A stretch of DNA of 21,272 nt from IMG/VR virus record IMGVR_UViG_2778261501_000004, positions 1 to 21,272 of that record; one strand, given 5' to 3'. This DNA comes from a virus. Its lineage: Duplodnaviria > Heunggongvirae > Uroviricota > Caudoviricetes. Both the position numbers and the translations under genes were made by a program. Shown one piece after another: positions 17,335 to 21,272 of this stretch; position 1 is the first letter of the stretch, and the number at the start of each line of letters is the position of its first letter. The notes beneath the pieces were generated by a model. It did no database searches. It was not told the origin of the DNA and worked only from the letters and a program-made list of their open reading frames with translations.

Positions 17335-17760
17335 ATGAAGAAATTATCCCTTTCACTGATGCTGAACGTGTCGCTGGCGCTGATGCTGGCACTGTCCCTG
17401 ATTTACCCGCAGAGCGTGGCCGTCAGTTTTGTCGCCGCCTGGGCGATTCTGGCGACGGTTATCTGTGTGGTTGCCGGTGGTGTCGGCGTGTATGCCACTG
17501 AGTATGTGCTGGAACGCTACGGGCGGGAGCTGCCGCCGGAATCGCTGGCCGTGAAGATTGTCGCGTCGCTGTTTTTGCAGCCGGTGCCGTGGCGCAGACG
17601 GGCGGCGGCTCTGGTGGTGATGGTGGCGACGTTTATCTCGCTGGTCGCTGCCGGGTGGATTTTTACCGCGCTGATTTACCTCGTGGCGTCGGTGTTCTTC
17701 CGGTTGATACGCACGGCCTGTCGTCAGCGTTTTGAGGGGCGGGAACCATGTCAAAGCTGA
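17335..17760 (+). CDS. lysA: Lysis-timing membrane protein LysA (141 aa)
   Basis: Multiple hydrophobic helices. P2 lysA position and length. Confidence 0.75.
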   Translation: MKKLSLSLMLNVSLALMLALSLIYPQSVAVSFVAAWAILATVICVVAGGVGVYATEYVLERYGRELPPESLAVKIVASLFLQPVPWRRRAAALVVMVATFISLVAAGWIFTALIYLVASVFFRLIRTACRQRFEGREPCQS

Positions 17761-18173
17761 TGATTGTGCTGGTTGTGTTGTTATCACTGGCGGTGGCCGG
17801 TCTGTTTCTGGCGAAGCATGAAAACGCCAGCCTGCGCACCTCGCTGGACAGGGCGAACAACGTCGCCAACGGGCAGCAGACGACCATCACCATGCTGAAA
17901 AATCAGCTTCATGTTGCCCTCGCCAGAGCAGACAAAAACGAGCTGGCGCAGGTGGCACTGCGTCAGGAACTGGAGAACGCGGCGAAGCGTGAAGCACAGC
18001 GCGAGAAAACCATCACGAGGTTACTGAATGAAAACGAAGATTTTCGCCGCTGGTACGGCGCTGGCCTGCCTGATGCTGTGCGCCGGTTGCACCAGCGCCC
18101 GGCCTGCACCGACGCCAGTGATTGTCGCCAACGCCTGCCCGAAAGTGAGTCTTTGCCCGATGCCGGGCAGTGA
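17748..18173 (+). CDS. lysB: Inner-membrane spanin subunit LysB (Rz-like, 141 aa)
   Basis: N-terminal transmembrane segment (MIVLVVLLSLAVAGLFLA) followed by coiled-coil-like sequence. P2 lysB position and length. Confidence 0.78.
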   Translation: MSKLMIVLVVLLSLAVAGLFLAKHENASLRTSLDRANNVANGQQTTITMLKNQLHVALARADKNELAQVALRQELENAAKREAQREKTITRLLNENEDFRRWYGAGLPDAVRRLHQRPACTDASDCRQRLPESESLPDAGQ

Positions 18174-18318
18174 CCCGGAGACGAACGGTGATTTAAGTGC
18201 CGATATCCGGCAGCTTGAGAACGCGCTGGCACGCTGTGCCAGCCAGGTAAAAATGATTAAACACTGTCAGGACGAAAACGATGCTCAAACCCGACAGCCT
18301 GCGCAGGGCGCTGACTGA
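18028..18318 (+). CDS. lysC: Outer-membrane lipoprotein spanin subunit LysC (Rz1-like, 96 aa)
   Basis: Signal/lipobox LMLCAGC. It starts out of frame inside lysB and extends beyond it, the overlapped spanin architecture known for P2. Confidence 0.75.
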   Translation: MKTKIFAAGTALACLMLCAGCTSARPAPTPVIVANACPKVSLCPMPGSDPETNGDLSADIRQLENALARCASQVKMIKHCQDENDAQTRQPAQGAD

Positions 18319-18748
18319 TGCCGTCACGGTGCTGAAAACTAACCCCGATATGCTGCGGATATTCGTGGATAACGGGAGTATTGCCTCCACACTGGCGACG
18401 TCGCTGTCATTCGAAAAGCGTTACACGCTCAATGTCATTGTGACCGACTTTACCGGTGATTTTGACCTGCTCATCGTGCCGGTGCTGGCGTGGCTGCGGG
18501 AAAATCAGCCCGACATCATGACCACCGACGCAGGCCAGAAAAAGGGATTCACGTTTTATGCAGACATCAACAATGACAGCAGCTTTGATATCAGCATCAG
18601 CCTGATGCTGACCGAGCGCACGCTGGTCAGTGAGGTGGACGGCGCACTGCATGTGAAGAATATCCCGGAACCCCCGCCGCCGGAGCCGGTCACCCGCCCG
18701 GTGGAGCTTTATATCAATGGCGAACTGGTGAGCAAGTGGGATGAATGA
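18281..18748 (+). CDS. R: Tail completion protein gpR (155 aa)
   Basis: P2 R position and length. Confidence 0.85.
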   Translation: MLKPDSLRRALTDAVTVLKTNPDMLRIFVDNGSIASTLATSLSFEKRYTLNVIVTDFTGDFDLLIVPVLAWLRENQPDIMTTDAGQKKGFTFYADINNDSSFDISISLMLTERTLVSEVDGALHVKNIPEPPPPEPVTRPVELYINGELVSKWDE

Positions 18749-19193
18749 GTTTAAGCGTTTTGAAGACCGGCTGACCGGACTGATTGAGTCGCTGTCACCG
18801 TCAGGGCGTCGGCGACTGAGCGCCGAACTGGCAAAACGTCTGCGACAGAGTCAGCAGCGTCGGGTGATGGCTCAGAAAGCCCCGGACGGCACACCCTACG
18901 CGCCACGCCAGCAGCAGAGCGCCAGAAAAAAGACTGGTCGTGTTAAGCGAAAAATGTTTGCGAAACTTATCACCAGTCGTTTTTTGCATATCCGCGCCAG
19001 CCCGGAGCAGGCATCAATGGAATTTTACGGCGGGAAGTCGCCGAAAATCGCCAGTGTGCATCAGTTCGGTCTGTCGGAAGAAAACCGGAAAGACGGTAAG
19101 AAAATTGATTATCCGGCGCGTCCTCTGCTCGGCTTTACCGGTGAGGATGTGCAGATGATTGAAGAGATTATCCTGGCTCACCTCGACCGTTAG
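18741..19193 (+). CDS. S: Tail completion protein gpS (150 aa)
   Basis: Overlaps the R stop. P2 S position and length. Confidence 0.85.
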   Translation: MNEFKRFEDRLTGLIESLSPSGRRRLSAELAKRLRQSQQRRVMAQKAPDGTPYAPRQQQSARKKTGRVKRKMFAKLITSRFLHIRASPEQASMEFYGGKSPKIASVHQFGLSEENRKDGKKIDYPARPLLGFTGEDVQMIEEIILAHLDR

Positions 19194-19259
19194 TTGTGCC
19201 ATTCCTGACACCTCATCGTCACATTGCCGCCGGTATGACCCGGCGGCATCCTTCCCGTT
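19194..19259 (+). promoter_or_regulatory. Late promoter region upstream of V (P2 PV equivalent)
   Basis: Intergenic region between S and V. A partial dyad TGT (19195-19197) ... ACA (19208-19210) is reminiscent of Ogr activator boxes, but the spacing is N10 rather than the N12 I recall. Confidence 0.4.
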
Positions 19260-19832
19260 ATGAACACTCTCGCAAATATTCAGGAACTCGCGCGCGCACT
19301 GCGTAACATGATCCGCACCGGCATTATCGTCGAAACCGACCTTAACGCCGGTCGCTGCCGTGTGCAGACCGGCGGCATGTGCACCGACTGGCTTCAGTGG
19401 CTGACCCATCGCGCCGGTCGTTCGCGCACATGGTGGGCACCTTCCGTGGGGGAACAGGTGCTGATTCTGGCCGTGGGCGGTGAACTCGACACGGCATTCG
19501 TTCTGCCGGGGATTTATTCCGGCGATAACCACGCGCCGTCTGCGTCGGCGGATGCCCTGCATATCCGTTTCCCTGACGGGGCGGTGATTGAGTATGAACC
19601 CGAAACCAGTGCACTTACGGTAGCGGAGTTCTCCATCAGCCTGGCTACCGGTCGGGCAGATATTTACACGGAAACACCGGTCAAAGTGTCAGGCTTTAAG
19701 CGTGTCATAGACGAGCAGGACTGGACAATCACTAAGGTGACACATTTTCTGAATAATAGCGGCTTCACGACGTCCTTAGAGCTTGAGGTAAGGCTTTCTG
19801 ATGTGGAGTACGAAACCGAAGATGATGAGTGA
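19260..19832 (+). pseudogene. V: In-frame fusion of the 5' part of baseplate spike gene V (codons 1-121) to the 3' end of tail gene D (69 codons). This is the deletion scar.
   Basis: Residues 1-121 follow P2 gpV (211 aa) up to ...EPETSALTV. The ORF then switches to AEFSISLATGRADIYTETPVKVSGFKRVIDEQDWTITKVTHFLNNSGFTTSLELEVRLSDVEYETEDDE and stops 82 nt before ogr, which is where D ends in P2. Genes W J I H G FI FII E T U are absent. Confidence 0.78.
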
Positions 19833-19914
19833 TGTGTTTTATTTTATCTGTTTGTTTTATAAGGATAAATTAACTAAAATGGCAACATCAACAAAACCGG
19901 AAGAGGTGCTCGCG

Positions 19915-20133
19915 ATGTTTCATTGTCCTTTATGCCAGCATGCCGCACATGCGCGTACAAGCCGCTATATCACTGACACGACAAAAGAGCGTTATCACCA
20001 GTGCCAGAACGTGAATTGCAGCGCCACGTTCATTACTTATGAGTCGGTACAGCGATACATCGTGAAGCCGGGAGAAGTCCACGCCGTGAGGCCGCACCCG
20101 TTGCCGTCAGGGCAGCAAATTATGTGGATGTGA
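19915..20133 (+). CDS. ogr: Late-gene transcription activator Ogr (zinc-finger, 72 aa)
   Basis: MFHCPLCQHAAHARTSRYITDTTKERYHQCQNVNCSATF... gives a CxxC...CxxxxC pattern, matching P2 Ogr as I recall it. Start is at ATG 19915, not at the ORF-track start 19801. Confidence 0.92.
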   Translation: MFHCPLCQHAAHARTSRYITDTTKERYHQCQNVNCSATFITYESVQRYIVKPGEVHAVRPHPLPSGQQIMWM

Positions 20134-20143
20134 TCACAAAAAT

Positions 20144-20170
20144 AGCCCCTCAGTTGAGGGGCTTTATTTA
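20144..20170 (+). terminator. Rho-independent terminator after ogr
   Basis: Stem AGCCCCTC (20144-20151) and GAGGGGCT (20156-20163), loop AGTT, then a T-rich tail TTATTTA. Confidence 0.7.
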
Positions 20171-20261
20171 TGGTCGATGTGGACGCTATGTGGACAGTGC
20201 TTGATATAAATCCATTTATATCATCAGGTTAGGTGCTTTTTTGTGACACCATCCCTGTCTT
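20171..20261. other. attR-side recombination arm and phage/host junction (approximate)
   Basis: Tandem ATGTGGAC at 20177-20184 and 20188-20195 (11-bp period). Perfect 10-bp inverted repeat TGATATAAAT (20202-20211) / ATTTATATCA (20214-20223). IHF-like TATCATCAGGTTA at 20219-20231, matching 12 of 13 positions of WATCAANNNNTTR. The core cannot be delimited without attL. Confidence 0.45.
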
Positions 20262-20288
20262 CCCCCACATGATGTGGGGGTTTTTTTT
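20262..20288 (+). terminator. Strong rho-independent terminator, probably the cpxP/CpxQ 3' end
   Basis: Stem CCCCCAC (20262-20268) and GTGGGGG (20274-20280), then T8 (20281-20288). The preceding GACACCATCCCTGTCTT matches my recollection of the CpxQ sRNA 3' half. It lies upstream of fieF, as expected for the cpxP-fieF intergenic region. Confidence 0.7.
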
Positions 20289-20369
20289 ATCCTCAATTTG
20301 CCTGCTGCTTAATGCATTGCAGATGATTTGCTTCCGTTATACTAGCGTCAGTTGATAGCGGGAGTATTT

Positions 20370-21272
20370 ATGAATCAATCTTATGGACGGCTGGTCAGTC
20401 GGGCGGCGATTGCTGCGACGGCGATGGCTTCGTTGCTATTGCTGATTAAAATTTTTGCATGGTGGTATACCGGGTCGGTGAGTATTCTCGCCGCGCTGGT
20501 GGATTCGCTGGTGGATATCGGCGCGTCGTTGACGAATTTACTGGTGGTGCGATATTCCCTGCAACCTGCCGACGATAATCACTCGTTTGGTCACGGTAAA
20601 GCAGAGTCCCTCGCGGCGCTGGCGCAAAGTATGTTTATCTCCGGTTCGGCACTATTCCTGTTTTTGACGGGTATTCAACATCTGATATCTCCAACACCGA
20701 TGACAGATCCAGGCGTCGGGGTTATCGTGACAATTGTGGCGCTAATTTGTACGATTATCCTTGTCTCGTTTCAGCGTTGGGTGGTGCGCCGGACGCAAAG
20801 CCAGGCGGTGCGGGCTGATATGCTACATTACCAGTCTGATGTTATGATGAACGGCGCAATTCTGCTGGCGCTGGGGTTGTCCTGGTACGGCTGGCATCGC
20901 GCCGATGCTCTGTTTGCATTGGGAATCGGCATCTATATTTTATATAGCGCGTTACGCATGGGATATGAGGCGGTACAGTCATTACTGGATCGCGCATTGC
21001 CTGATGAGGAACGGCAAGAAATTATTGATATCGTGACTTCCTGGCCGGGTGTTAGCGGCGCTCACGATCTTCGCACGCGGCAGTCAGGGCCGACCCGCTT
21101 TATTCAGATTCATTTGGAAATGGAAGACTCTCTGCCTTTGGTTCAGGCACATATGGTGGCGGATCAGGTAGAGCAGGCTATTTTACGGCGTTTTCCGGGA
21201 TCGGATGTAATTATCCATCAGGACCCCTGTTCCGTCGTACCCAGGGAGGGTAAACGGTCTATGCTTTCATAA
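20370..21272 (+). CDS. fieF: Cation-diffusion-facilitator Fe/Zn efflux transporter FieF (YiiP), 300 aa
   Basis: [49 protein letters not shown]... is the E. coli FieF sequence as I recall it. CDF motifs are present (DSLVD, HYQSD). Start is at ATG 20370, not at TTG 20352. Confidence 0.95.

Larger units (their letters stand above)
1..20240. mobile_element. P2-family prophage, tail-module-deleted. The left end (attL) is outside the window and the right boundary is approximate.
   Basis: P2 synteny runs from int to ogr with P2-like protein lengths. The P2 cos 19-mer is present at 9831-9849. Host gene fieF follows on the right. Confidence 0.9.

Noticed and set aside
19801-19914. Upstream extension of the ogr ORF (110 aa). 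The same applies to the extended ORF-track starts for int (1011), A (3457), P (12876), O (12933), L (15766), X (16266) and fieF (20352).
   Set aside because: The internal ATGs give exactly the known P2 or E. coli protein lengths and N-termini, and have better RBS spacing or coupling to the upstream gene.
1-21272. A scan for CRISPR arrays, tRNA/tmRNA genes, IS elements and long tandem repeats.
   Set aside because: I saw no spaced direct-repeat arrays, cloverleaf-like sequences, transposase ORFs or terminal inverted repeats. The att site seems to involve an sRNA/terminator rather than a tRNA.

Overview
The window holds a P2-family (Peduovirus-like) prophage running from its integrase (position 1; attL lies off the left edge) to ogr (20133). 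This is followed by an attR-type junction and the host cation-efflux gene fieF (20370-21272). Gene order and protein lengths match phage P2 almost gene for gene: int, C, cox, orf78, B, orf80-83, A and an orf91-position gene; then an accessory island and cos; then Q and P (minus strand), and O N M L X Y K lysA lysB lysC R S on the plus strand. Two things depart from P2. (1) At the position where P2 carries tin/old, between the replication genes and cos, there is an AT-rich ~3.2 kb cassette. It encodes a complete C5-cytosine DNA methyltransferase, convergent with a translationally coupled two-gene operon: a ParB/Srx-domain protein and a protein with an Mrr-like PD-(D/E)xK motif. I cannot assign this architecture to any named restriction or defence system, and it is the best candidate for a new system. 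(2) Gene V is fused in frame to the 3' end of D. The whole baseplate/fibre/sheath/tube/tape-measure module (W through most of D, including the second P2 hotspot) is therefore deleted, and the prophage is tail-less but otherwise intact. The right junction appears to lie in the terminator/3' end of the cpxP-CpxQ locus upstream of fieF. I saw no tRNA, rRNA, CRISPR array or IS element. All homology statements come from motif reading and recalled P2 sequences, not from database searches.
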